This document shows, one piece after another, positions 45,001 to 55,570 of a stretch of DNA of 64,000 nt. The notes under the pieces were generated by a model. That model saw only the letters and a program-made list of their open reading frames with translations. It made no database searches and had not been told where the DNA came from. The position numbers were made by a program, and so were the translations under genes. Position 1 is the stretch's first letter. Each line of letters starts with the position of its first letter. Origin of the DNA: Eledone cirrhosa (taxonomy: Eukaryota); NCBI GenBank assembly GCA_964016885.1, contig OZ024744.1, positions 94,426,001-94,490,000 of the forward strand. The letters run 5' to 3'.

Positions 45001-48000
45001 TCGTGACACCAACACAACCACTTTAGAGTGTGGACTGGGTGCTTTTTGTCGTGACACTTACATGACCACTTTACAGTGTAGGCTGGATGCTTTTTGTCGT
45101 GACACCAACACAACCACTTTACAGTGTGGACTGGGAGCTTTTTGTCGTGACACCAACACAACCACTTCACAGTGTGGGCTGGGTGCTTTTTGTCATGACA
45201 CCAAAACAACCACTTTACAGTGTGGACTGGGTGCTTTTTGTCGTGACACTAACACAACCACTTTACAGTGTGGACTGGGAGCTTTTTGTCGTGACACCAA
45301 CACAACCACTTTACAGTGTGGGCTGGGTGCTTTTTGTCATGACACCAACGCAACCACTTTACAGTATGGGCTGGGTGCTTTTTTTCGTGACACGAACACA
45401 ACCACTTTACAGTGTGGACTGGGTGCTTTTTGTCGTGACACCAACACAACCACTTTACAGTGTGGACTGGCTGCTTTTTGTCGTGACACTAACACAACCA
45501 CTTTACAGTGTGGGCTGGTCACTTTTTGTCGTGACACCAACACAACCACTTTACAGTGTGGACTGGGTGCTTTTTGTCGTGACACCAACACAACCACTTT
45601 ACAGTGTGGGCTGGGTGCTTTTTGTCGTGACACCAACACAACCACTTTACAGTGTGCGCTGGGTGCTTTTTGTCGTGACACCAACACAACCACTTTACAG
45701 TGTGGACTGGGTGCTTTTTGTCATGACACTAATACAACCACTTTACAGTGTGGGCTGGGTGCTTTTTGTCATGACACCTACATGACCACCTTACAGTGTG
45801 GAATGGGTGCTTTTTGTCGTGACACCAACACAACCACCTTACAGTGTGGGCTGGGTGCTTTTTGTCGTGACACCAACGCAACCACTTTACAGCGTGGGCT
45901 TGGTGCTTTTTGTCGCGACACCAACACAACCACTTTACAGTGTGGACTGGGTGCTTTTTGTTGTGACACCTACACAACCACTTCACAGTGTGGGCTGGGT
46001 GCTTTTTGTCATGACACCAACACAACCACTTTACAGTGTGGACTGGGAGCTTTTTGTCGTGACACCAACACAACCACTTCACAGTGTGGGCTGGGTGCTT
46101 TTTGTCATGACACCAAAACAACCACTTTACAGTGTGGACTGGGTGCTTTTTGTCGTGACACTAACACAACTACTTTACAGTGTGGACTGGGATCTTTTTG
46201 TCGTGACACCAACACAACCACTTTGCAGTGTGGGCTGGGTGCTTTTTGTCATGACACCAACGCAACCACTTTACAGTGTGGGCTGGGTGCTTTTTTTCGT
46301 GACACGAACACAACCACTTTACAGTGTGGACTGGGTGCTTTTTGTCGTGACACCAACACAACCACTTTACAGTGTGGACTGGCTGCTTTTTGTCGTGACA
46401 CTAACACAACCACTTTACAGTGTGGGCTGGTCACTTTTTGTCGTGACACCAACACAACCACTTTACAGTGTGGACCGGGTGCTTTTTGTCGTGACACCAA
46501 CACAACCACTTTACAGTGTGGGCTGGGTGCTTTTTGTCGTGACACCAACACAACCACTTTACAGTGTGGGCTGGGTGCTTTTTGTCGTGACACCAACACA
46601 ACCACTTTACAGTGTGGACTGGGTGCTTTTTGTCATGACACTAATACAACCACTTTACAGTGTGGGCTGGGTACTTTTTGTCATGACACTAATACAACCA
46701 CTTTACAGTGTGGGCTGGGTGCTTTTTGTCATGACACCTACATGACCACCTTACAGTGTGGAATGGGTGCTTTTTGTCGTGACACCAACACAACCACTTT
46801 ACAGTGTGGGCTGGGTGCTTTTTGTCGTGACACCAACGCAACCACTTTACAGCGTGGGCTTGGTGCTTTTTGTCGCGACACCAACACAACCACTTTACAG
46901 TGTGGACTGGGTGCTTTTTGTTGTGACACCAACACAACCACTTTACAGTGTGGGCTGGGTACTTTTTGTCGTGACACCAACACAACCACTTTACAGTGTG
47001 GACTGGGTGCTTTTTGTCGTGACACTAACACAACCACTTTACAGTGTGGACTGGCTGCTTTTTGTCGTGACACTAACACAACCACTTTACAGTGTGGGCT
47101 GGTCACTCTTTGTCGTGACACCAACACAACCACTTTACAGTGTGGACTGGGTGCTTTTTGTCGTGACACCAACACAACCACTTTACAGTGTGGACTGGGT
47201 GCTTTTTGTCGTGACACCAACACAACCACTTTACAGTGTGGGCTGGGTGCTTTTTGTCGTGACACCAACACAACCACTTTACAGTGTGGGCTGGGTGCTT
47301 TTTGTCGTGACACTAACACAACCACTTTACAGTGTGGACTGGGTGCTTTTTGTCATGACACTAATACAACCACTTTACAGTGTGGGCTGGGTACTTTTTG
47401 TCATGACACTAATACAACCACTTTACAGTGTGGGCTGGGTGCTTTTTGTCATGACACCTACATGACCACCTTACAGTGTGGAATGGGTGCTTTTTGTCGT
47501 GACACCAACACAACCACCTTACAGTGTGGGCTGGGTGCTTTTTGTCGTGACACCAACGCAACCACTTTACAGCGTGGGCTGGGTGCTTTTTGTTGTGACA
47601 CCTACACAACCACTTCACAGTGTGGGCTGGGTGCTTTTTGTCATGACACCAACACAACCACTTTACAGTGTGGACTGGGAGCTTTTTGTCATGACACCAA
47701 CACAACCACTTTACAGTGTGGGCTTGGTGCTTTTTGTCGCGACACCAACACAACCACTTTACAGTGTGGACTGGGTGCTTTTTGTTGTGACACCTACACA
47801 ACCACTTCACAGTGTGGGCTGGGTGCTTTTTGTCATGACACCAACACAACCACTTTACAGTGTGGACTGGGAGCTTTTTGTCGTGACACCAACACAACCA
47901 CTTCACAGTGTGGGCTGGGTGCTTTTTGTCATGACACCAAAACAACCACTTTACAGTGTGGACTGGGTGCTTTTTGTCGTGACACTAACACAACCACTTT

Positions 48001-51000
48001 ACAGTGTGGACTGGGATCTTTTTGTCGTGACACCAACACAACCACTTTACAGTGTGGGCTGGGTGCTTTTTGTCATGACACCAACGCAACCACTTTACAG
48101 TGTGGGCTGGGTGCTTTTTTTCGTGACACGAACACAACCACTTTACAGTGTGGACTGGGTGCTTTTTGTCGTGACACCAACACAACCACTCTACAGTGTG
48201 GACTGGCTGCTTTTTGTCGTGACACTAACACAACCACTTTACAGTGTGGGCTGGTCACTTTTTGTCGTGACACCAACACAACCACTTTACAGTGTGGACT
48301 GGGTGCTTTTTGTCGTGACACCAACACAACCACTTTACAGTGTGGGCTGGGTGCTTTTTGTCGTGACACCAACACAACCACTTTACAGTGTGGGCTGGGT
48401 GCTTTTTGTCGTGACACCAACACAACCACTTTACAGTGTGGACTGGATGCTTTTTGTCATGACACTAATACAACCACTTTACAGTGTGGGCTGGGTACTT
48501 TTTGTCATGACACTAATACAACCACTTTACAGTGTGGGCTGGGTGCTTTTTGTCATGACACCTACATGACCACCTTACAGTGTGGAATGGGTGCTTTTTG
48601 TCATGACACCAACACAACCACTTTACAGTGTGGGCTGGGTGCTTTTTGTCGTGACACCAACGCAACCACTTTACAGCGTGGGCTTGGTGCTTTTTGTCGC
48701 GACACCAACACAACCACTTTACAGTGTGGACTGGGTGCTTTTTGTTGTGACACCAACACAACCACTTTACAGTGTGGGCTGGGTACTTTTTGTCGTGACA
48801 CCAACACAACCACTTTACAGTGTGGACTGGGTGCTTTTTGTCGTGACACTAACACAACCACTTTACAGTGTGGACTGGCTGCTTTTTGTCGTGACACTAA
48901 CACAACCACTTTACAGTGTGGGCTGGTCACTCTTTGTCGTGACACCAACACAACCACTTTACAGTGTGGACTGGGTGCTTTTTCTCGTGACACTAACACA
49001 ACCACTTTACAGTGTGGGCTGGCTGCTTTTTGTTGTGACACCAACACAACCACTTTACAGTGTGGGCTGGGTGCTTTTTGTCATGACACTAATACAACCA
49101 CTTTACAGTGTGGGCTGGGTGCTTTTTGTCATGACACCTACATGACCACCTTAAAGTGTGGAATGGGTGCTTTTTGTCGTGACACCAACACAACCACTTT
49201 ACAGTGTGGACTGGGTGCTTTTTGTCGTGACACCAACACAACCACTTTACAGTGTGGGCTGGGTGCTTTTTGTCGTGACACCAACACAACCACTTTACAG
49301 TGTGGACTGGGTGCTTTTTGTTGTGACACCAACACAACCACTTTACAGTGTGGACTGGGAGCTTTTTGTCGTGACACCAACACAACCACTTTACAGTGTG
49401 GGCTGGGTGCTTTTTGTCATGACACCAACGCAACCACATTACAGTGTGGGCTGGGTGCTTTTTGTCGTGACACGAACACAACCACTTTACAGTGTGGACT
49501 GGGTGCTTTTTGTTGTGACACCAACACAACCACTTTACAGTGTGGGCTGGGTGCTTTCTGTCGTGACATCAACACAACCACTTTACAGTGTGGACTGGGT
49601 GCTTTTTGTTGTGACACCAACACAACCACTTTACAGTGTGGGCTGGGTACTTTTTGTCATGACACTAATACAACCACTTTACAGTGTGGGCTGGGTGCTT
49701 TTTGTCGTGACACCAACACAACCACTTTACAGTGTGGACTGGGTGCTTTTTGTCGTGACACCAACACAACCACTTTACAGTGTGGGCTGGGTGCTTTTTG
49801 TCGTGACACCTACATGACCACCTTACAGTGTGGAATGGGTGCTTTTTGTCGTGACACCAACACAACCACCTTACAGTGTGGGCTGGGTGCTTTTTGTCGT
49901 GACACCAACGCAACCACTTTACAGCGTGGGCTTGGTGCTTTTTGTCGCGACACCAACACAACCACTTTACAGTGTGGACTGGGTGCTTTTTGTCGTGACA
50001 CCAACACAACCACTTTACAGTGTGGGCTGGGTGCTTTTTGTCGTGACACCAACACAACCACTTTACAGTGTGGACTGGGTGCTTTTTGTCATGACACTAA
50101 TACAACCACTTTACAGTGTGGGCTGGGTACTTTTTGTCATGACACTAATACAACCACTTTACAGTGTGGGCTGGGTGCTTTTTGTCATGACACCTACATG
50201 ACCACCTTACAGTGTGGGCTGGGTGCTTTTTGTTGTGACACCAACACAACCACTTTACAGTGTGGGCTGGGTGCTTTTTGTCGTGACATCAACGCAACCA
50301 CTTTACAGCGTGGGCTGGGTGCTTTTTGTCGCGACACCAACACAACCACTTTACAGTGTGGACTGGGTGCTTTTTGTTGTGACACCAACACAACCACTTT
50401 ACAGTGTGGGCTGGGTGCTTTTTGTTGTGACACCAACACAACCACCTTACAGTGTGGACTGGGTGCTTTTTGTCGTGACACTAACACAACCACTTTACAG
50501 TGTGGACTGGGTGCTTTTTGTCGTGGCACTAACACAACCACTTTACAGTGTGGGCTGGCTGCTTTTTGTTGTGACACCAACACAACCACTTTACAGTGTG
50601 GGCTGGGTGCTTTTTGTCATGACACTAATACAACCACTTTACAGTGTGGGCTGGGTGCTTTTTGTCATGACACCTACATGACCACCTTAAAGTGTGGAAT
50701 GGGTGCTTTTTGTCGTGACACCAACTCAACCACTTTAGAGTGTGGGCTGGGTGCTTTTTGTCGTGACACCAACACAACCACTTTACAGTGTGGACTGGGT
50801 GCTTTTTGTCGTGACACCAACACAACCACTTTACAGTGTGGGCTGGGTGCTTTTTGTCGTGACACCAACACAACCACTTTACAGTGTGGATTGGGTGCTT
50901 TTTGTCGCGACACCAACACAACCACTTTACAGTGTGGGCTGGGTGCTTTTTATCATGACATCTACATGACCACCTTACAGTGTGGACTGGGTGCTTTTTG

Positions 51001-51040
51001 CTGTATCTTTGACAGAACCACTTTACAGCGTGGGCTGGGT
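1..51040. repeat. 48-bp satellite array A, about 1060 tandem monomers, consensus ACCACTTTACAGTGTGG(G/A)CTGGGTGCTTTTTGTC(G/A)TGACACCAACACA; continues past the left edge
   Basis: Uninterrupted 48-bp periodicity in the sequence and 16-aa periodicity in the ORF track. Only four 1-bp deletions seen (~8806, ~10821, ~34436, ~34963). Terminal monomers at 50940-51040 are degenerate. Confidence 0.99.
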
Positions 51041-51307
51041 TCTTTCACCTCCAAAGGACGTCATCTGAAACACAGCAATATACCGCATAACATTGCTTCT
51101 GAAGTGTTGCTTCGTTAGTACAGACTGTAAGTAGTATATGGATAAAAGCTGGAGGGTAGATTATTTTCAAATAGTATCACTTTTTCTTTCTTCTGTGGAA
51201 TCAAAGACTAAAATGACTTTATAAAAGCTAACACAATATTGTTAAACCGTCTTATAGATCAAAGGTTCTATAGTTTAAGCCGTTTCTAGATTTTTGTGGG
51301 ACATTAC

Positions 51308-51444
51308 TCTCTCTCTATGAATATCTAACACTTTAATTGTATCTCTCTCTGTATAAAGGCCTCTCTCTTTCTGCCTCTCCCTCTGTGTCTCTCTTTCTTT
51401 AGATGTGTATGTGTGTATGCATGTGTATGTGTGTGTGTGTGTGT
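51308..51444. repeat. Degenerate (CT)n followed by (ATGTGT)/(GT)n microsatellite tract
   Basis: Direct reading: ctctctctct...ctctctctttctgcctctccctctgtgtctctct, then atgtgtatgtgtgtatgcatgtgtatgtgtgtgtgtgt. Confidence 0.85.
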
Positions 51445-51459
51445 AGTTTTCGAGTGATT

Positions 51460-51605
51460 CAACCAACCAACCAACCGACCAACCAGCCAGCCAACCAATC
51501 AACCAACCAACCAACCAACCAACCAACCAACCAACCAACCAACCAACCAACCAGCCAACCAACCAACCAACCAACCAACCAACCAACCAACCAACCAACC
51601 AACCA
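51460..51605. repeat. (CAAC)n tetranucleotide microsatellite, about 36 units
   Basis: Direct reading, with a few CAGC/CGAC/CAAT interruptions. Confidence 0.97.
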
Positions 51606-51800
51606 CTTTCCAAAGTGCATTGAGTACATTTGATCACGTCACCAACCTTAGAGAGGCTGTCACACCATTGGCACAACTGAAAAGGTCTCGCAACCATTTT
51701 TTGGCAAAGTTTGATCCAACAGTTGGATGTCCTTCCTATCGCCAACTACATTGGGTGTATTTTATCATGGCACCGGTTCTAGGGAGGTTGCCTATGATTG
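51601..51800 (-). mobile_element. Two degenerate single-copy fragments of the RTE 3' UTR motif that underlies the satellite
   Basis: 51601 AACCACTTTCCAAAGTGCATTGAGTACATTTGATCACGTCACCAAC resembles one monomer. 51725 GGATGTCCTTCCTATCGCCAAC...TGGGTGTATTTTATCATGGCACC resembles 56571 GCATGTCCTTCTTAACACCAAC...TGGGTGCTTTTTATTGTGGCACC. Confidence 0.6.
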
Positions 51801-52044
51801 ACTCAGCTGAAGAGCTTTCTTTACCTTATAATGGTAGAGGCAGGATAAGAAGTAGGAAGAATTATAGGCATGATACCATGGCTGAGCTATTATAGGTGGG
51901 GTCTGTAATGTTGAAAACTCCAAAAGATTTGGAAATCATTTAAGAGTATTTATCATTTTTTCCCATGTTTATAGGGAGCTATTTGGCATTTTTACATGTT
52001 TAAATCCTTAACCCTTTAGCATTTACATTACTCTATATATACTA

Positions 52045-52951
52045 CTAGCAGTAAAGCCCGGCGTTGCTCGGGGTCGCTCAGTAGCTGTGTTAAAGTTACA
52101 ATGTTAAGTTTCTTTCTTGGCTTAAAAACTGTAGTGTCTACTGTGCAGACTTGCATGTGGTGTTTTTGATTAATATTCCCTCAACCAACAATATGCCTTA
52201 TGAAGTTAAGAAAACATAACGATAACCCGAATGTTATAACAAAAGAGGATGCTGGGGATAGAAACTGCACTGGTTATTTATTAACAAAGATCGAAAATGT
52301 AAACACTGCAACGCAGAGAAAAACATTAGCGTAACCAAATTATCAGTTATGTCTGTCTGCACGCCTATATCACCTCTCTGCACGACTGTCTGTCTGCACG
52401 CCTATATCACCTCTCTGCACGACTGTCTGTCTGCACGCCTATATCACCTCTCTGCACGACTGTCTGTCTGCACGCCTAACGACGAAATATTTGCTTGTTT
52501 TACGTAGTCTTTAAATAGACTTGTTTTCAAGTAAAAATATTGTTTTAAAATGCTTTTAAATGGAAATGAAGCAAAACGGAAGCTTAGTGTTCGAACTGAT
52601 GAATTTTGCAGGTCAATATTTTGCTGGCTCGACAACTGTCTGTTCGTGTATTGTGTTAATGTCATTTTAAACGCTGAGAAAGCCAGCGTAATTTTTTAAT
52701 TTGTGCACGCAGACGCTCAATGTAAACAGAACAAAGGGAAATAACTGATAACTTACGCTCAAAAATCGATACATTATATTCGATTTCGTCACATAGGGTG
52801 GGTCAATTTGAAATTTTTTTTTTCCGATGTCTTCGCTAGGGCTCAATGTACAAGTATAGCAATTTCGGTGCAATTCCGTGAGAGATTCTAAGAGGAGATG
52901 TGTGCCAAAAATCGATAGACAGACAGACAACCACAGTTTTATATATATAGA
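52045..52951 (-). mobile_element. Non-autonomous Helitron, copy 1
   Basis: On the minus strand it starts TCTATATATATAAAACTG at 52951 and ends CCCGAGCAACGCCGGG hairpin + 8 nt + CTAG (52048-52045), followed by T. These are canonical 5'-TC / hairpin / CTRR-3' termini with no TSD. Confidence 0.85.
52350..52478. repeat. 37-bp minisatellite, about 3.5 copies, inside Helitron 1
   Basis: TGTCTGTCTGCACGCCTATATCACCTCTCTGCACGAC starts at 52350, 52387, 52424 and (partial) 52461. Confidence 0.95.
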
Positions 52952-54512
52952 CTAGCATTAAAGCCCGGCGTTGCTCGGGGTCATTAAGTTACCAAAGTTA
53001 GGTTGCAGCACTTTTTTGTCTGCCAGGCACTGGGTGAATGAATTGCAGACCTGGAAGCATGAGCTGCGCCAACAGTGACAATTGTAGTTTCGCCTATGGA
53101 TATTATCTCTGTGCAAAAAAGTGTTGAAATTTATTGTTTCACAGTACTTGCGCAACACGCGAGTAGACGATGCCAGCCGAACAACAGAGCTGCGATGGAG
53201 TTGTTCTGCATGGTTGTCTGTGTGTTTTCTAAATTTAAGACAGTAGGGAGGGTTGTGATATGAGGGAGAGTTAGCTGTTGTTTCTAGCAGGTTTAGTGAC
53301 CTCATAGAGGATATGTGTTTTCTAAATTTAAGACAGTAGGGAGTGGTGTGATATGAGGGAGAGTTAGCTGCTGTTTCTAGCAGGTTTAGTGACCTCATAG
53401 AGGATATGTGTTTTCTAAATTTAAGACAGTAGGGAGTGGTGTGATATGAGGGAGAGTTAGCTGCTGTTTCTAGCAGGTTTAGTGACCTCATAGAAGATAT
53501 GTTTTCTAAATTTAAGACAGTAGAGAGGGGTGTGATATGAGGGAGAGTTAGCTGCTGTTTCTAGCAGGTTTAGTGACCTCATAGAGGATATGTTTTCTAA
53601 ATTTAAGACAGTAGGGAGGGGTGTGATATGAGGGAGAGTTAGCTGCTGTTTCTAGCAGGTTTAGTGACCTCATAGAAGATATGTTTTCTAAATTTAAGAC
53701 AGTAGGGAGGGGTATGATATGGGGGAGAGTTAGCTGCTGTTTCTAGCAGGTTTAGTAACCTCATAGAGGATATGTGTTTTCTAAATTTAAGACAGTAGGG
53801 AGTGGTGTGATATGAGGGAGAGTTAGCTGCTGTTTCTAGCAGGTTTAGTAACCTCATAGAGGATATGTGTTTTCTAAATTTAAGACAGTAGGGAGTGGTG
53901 TGATATGAGGGAGAGTTAGCTGCTGTTTCTAGCAGGTTTAGTAACCTCATAGAGGATATGTGTTTTCTAAATTTAAGACAGTAGGGAGTGGTGTGATATG
54001 AGGGAGAGTTAGCTGCTGTTTCTAGCAGGTTTAGTGACCTCATAGAGGATATTATTGTTTATCATCTATATATATAAAACTGACTGCACGCGTAACGAAA
54101 TTTACAGATACATATATTTTAAATAAACTTATATAATTTTTGCTTTTTTTTACGAAATATTTGCTTGTTTTACGTAGTCTTTAAATAGACTTGTTTTCAA
54201 GTAAAAATTATTGTGTTAATGTCATTTTAAACGCTGAGAAAGCCAGCGTAATTTTTTTAATTTGTGCACGCAGACGCTCAATGTAAACAGAACAAAGGGA
54301 AATAACTGATCACTTACGCTCAAAAATCGATACATTATATTCGATTTCGTCAGATAGGGCGGGTCAATTTGAAATATTTTTTTTCCGATGTCTTCGCTAG
54401 GGCTCAATGTACAAGTATAGCAATTTCGGTGCAATTCCGTGAGAGATTCTAAGAGGAGATGTGTGCCAAAAATCGACAGACAGACAGACAACCACAGTTT
54501 TATATATATAGA
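52952..54512 (-). mobile_element. Non-autonomous Helitron, copy 2 (same family)
   Basis: Minus strand A^TCTATATATATAAAACTG at 54512, and the same hairpin + CTAG at 52955-52952. About 300 bp of the 5' region (54210-54512) is nearly identical to 52650-52951. Confidence 0.85.
53221..54052. repeat. 91-93-bp minisatellite, 9 copies, inside Helitron 2
   Basis: Unit TGTGTTTTCTAAATTTAAGACAGTAGGGAGTGGTGTGATATGAGGGAGAGTTAGCTGCTGTTTCTAGCAGGTTTAGTGACCTCATAGAGGATA at 53221, 53314, 53407 and onward. It explains the 31-aa repeats in ORFs 52958-53491 and 53639-54043. Confidence 0.97.
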
Positions 54513-54990
54513 TTGTATTTTTATGGAAAAACCTTTATCTTACATAATTATCTCACATAATATCAACTCTATGAGATTTTGATATTATTTATTTTGAAAA
54601 CAATACCTTAACATCAGTATGAGCGGCCAGAGGTGAGCAAATTCTGGCTGGATATAGCCGGTTTAAATGCTAAAGGATTAAATCTTAATAGTACGATTAT
54701 AATAGCTACTAGATTCACCTGTACATATTTCCATTTCTACAACAGATACAATCATATAGGTTAGCTCAGAACATTGATTAGAATATAACTCAAAACAAAG
54801 CTCAGAACACATACCATATGAACCATTCACCACATACAGCATTGAGTGAAAAAATACCCCTTCCAGTATTGAGAGGAAAAAAAAAGACTTTGGGATTAAA
54901 AATGCCACCCTGTGAACAGCACAAGATAGTCTGCTCCGAATTAGCTTCCTCAATTCTTTCTTTTGATGAAGGGATTTTATCCTGAAATAT

Positions 54991-55208
54991 TGCTTTCTGG
55001 TTTAGGCACAAGGCCAACAATTCTGGGAAAAGGGAAAGTCAATGAAATCAACCCCAGTGCATTACTGGTACTTTATTTTATCGACCCTGTAAATATGAAA
55101 GGCAAAACTAATCTCGGTAGGATTTGAACACAGATCGTAAAGGACCATAACTCTATGCCATAAATCATGTTGTCCAACACTCCACTGATACTTCCAATCC
55201 ACAACCCT
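54991..55208 (-). mobile_element. tRNA-derived SINE, diverged near-full-length copy
   Basis: The reverse complement matches the + copies: B-box-like GTGTTCAAATCC, core TTTGCCTTTCAT...GGGTCGATAAAATAAAGTACCAGTAATGCACTGGGG, tail TGGCCTTGTGCCTAAA. Confidence 0.8.
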
Positions 55209-55285
55209 ATTTTATCCTAAAATATTAGGGACTAATTAAACGACTCTAAGGTAACATTCCAACAAATTTGTTATCATTATTTTTA

Positions 55286-55476
55286 GGGCGGTGGATTGGC
55301 AGTATCGGTAGAGGGTCGGACGCCATGCTTTCCAGCATAGTTACGTCCCTTTACGATGTGAGTTCAAATCCCGCCGAAGTTGACTTTGCCTTTCATCCTT
55401 ACGGGGTCGATAAAATAAAGTACCAGTAATGCACTGGGTAATTGCTGGCCTTGTGCCTAGAGTAGAAACAATTATT
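55286..55476 (+). mobile_element. tRNA-derived SINE, full-length copy
   Basis: Pol III A-box-like TGGCAGTATCGG (~55297), B box GAGTTCAAATCC (55360-55371), core GCCTTTCATCCTTACGGGGTCGATAAAATAAAGTACCAG, AT-rich tail. Four related copies occur in the window. Confidence 0.85.
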
Positions 55477-55570
55477 TTAAATTTTTAATCTCCTATTTGC
55501 AATGCTCTAACTCCTTAAAAAACTCACATATTAACTTGCTAGAAATCATTCACTCAATTTGAAAATGCTG

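Larger units (their letters stand above)
52008..54681. mobile_element. piggyBac-type MITE (about 200 bp of its own sequence) split by a Helitron doublet
   Basis: TTAA (52008-52011) + CCCTTTAGCATTTA (52012-52025) ... TAAATGCTAAAGGA (54664-54677) + TTAA (54678-54681). This gives a 13/14 terminal inverted repeat, a CCC terminus and a TTAA target-site duplication, as in piggyBac. Confidence 0.75.

Noticed and set aside
1-51040. CRISPR array
   Set aside because: Palindromic repeats are present, but they are head-to-tail with no unique spacers, there are no cas genes, and the context is eukaryotic.
1-51040. Telomeric, G-quadruplex, Chi-like or Ig switch-region-like function (TGTGGGCTGGGTG, GGGCT/GAGCT)
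   Set aside because: At most two GGG runs per 48 bp with long loops, no TTAGGG, no exact GCTGGTGG, and pentamer matches of this kind are expected by chance.
522-51118. Giant ORFs (2864, 4702, 1443, 1168 and 5231 aa) as annotated CDS
   Set aside because: They are pure translations of the 48-bp repeat, with arbitrary internal starts, frameshifts and no non-repeat domains. Kept only as a hypothesis in the findings.
51275-51745. ORFs with (GWLV)n or (TNQP)n repeats
   Set aside because: Translations of the (CAAC)n microsatellite.
52444-54491. Duplicated 87/89-aa ORFs and 31-aa-repeat ORFs
   Set aside because: They lie in the duplicated Helitron 5' region and the 93-bp minisatellite, have no Rep/helicase motifs, and are broken by frameshifts between copies.
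55286-55380. tRNA gene
   Set aside because: A/B boxes are present but no convincing cloverleaf, and the sequence continues into a SINE core found four times in the window.
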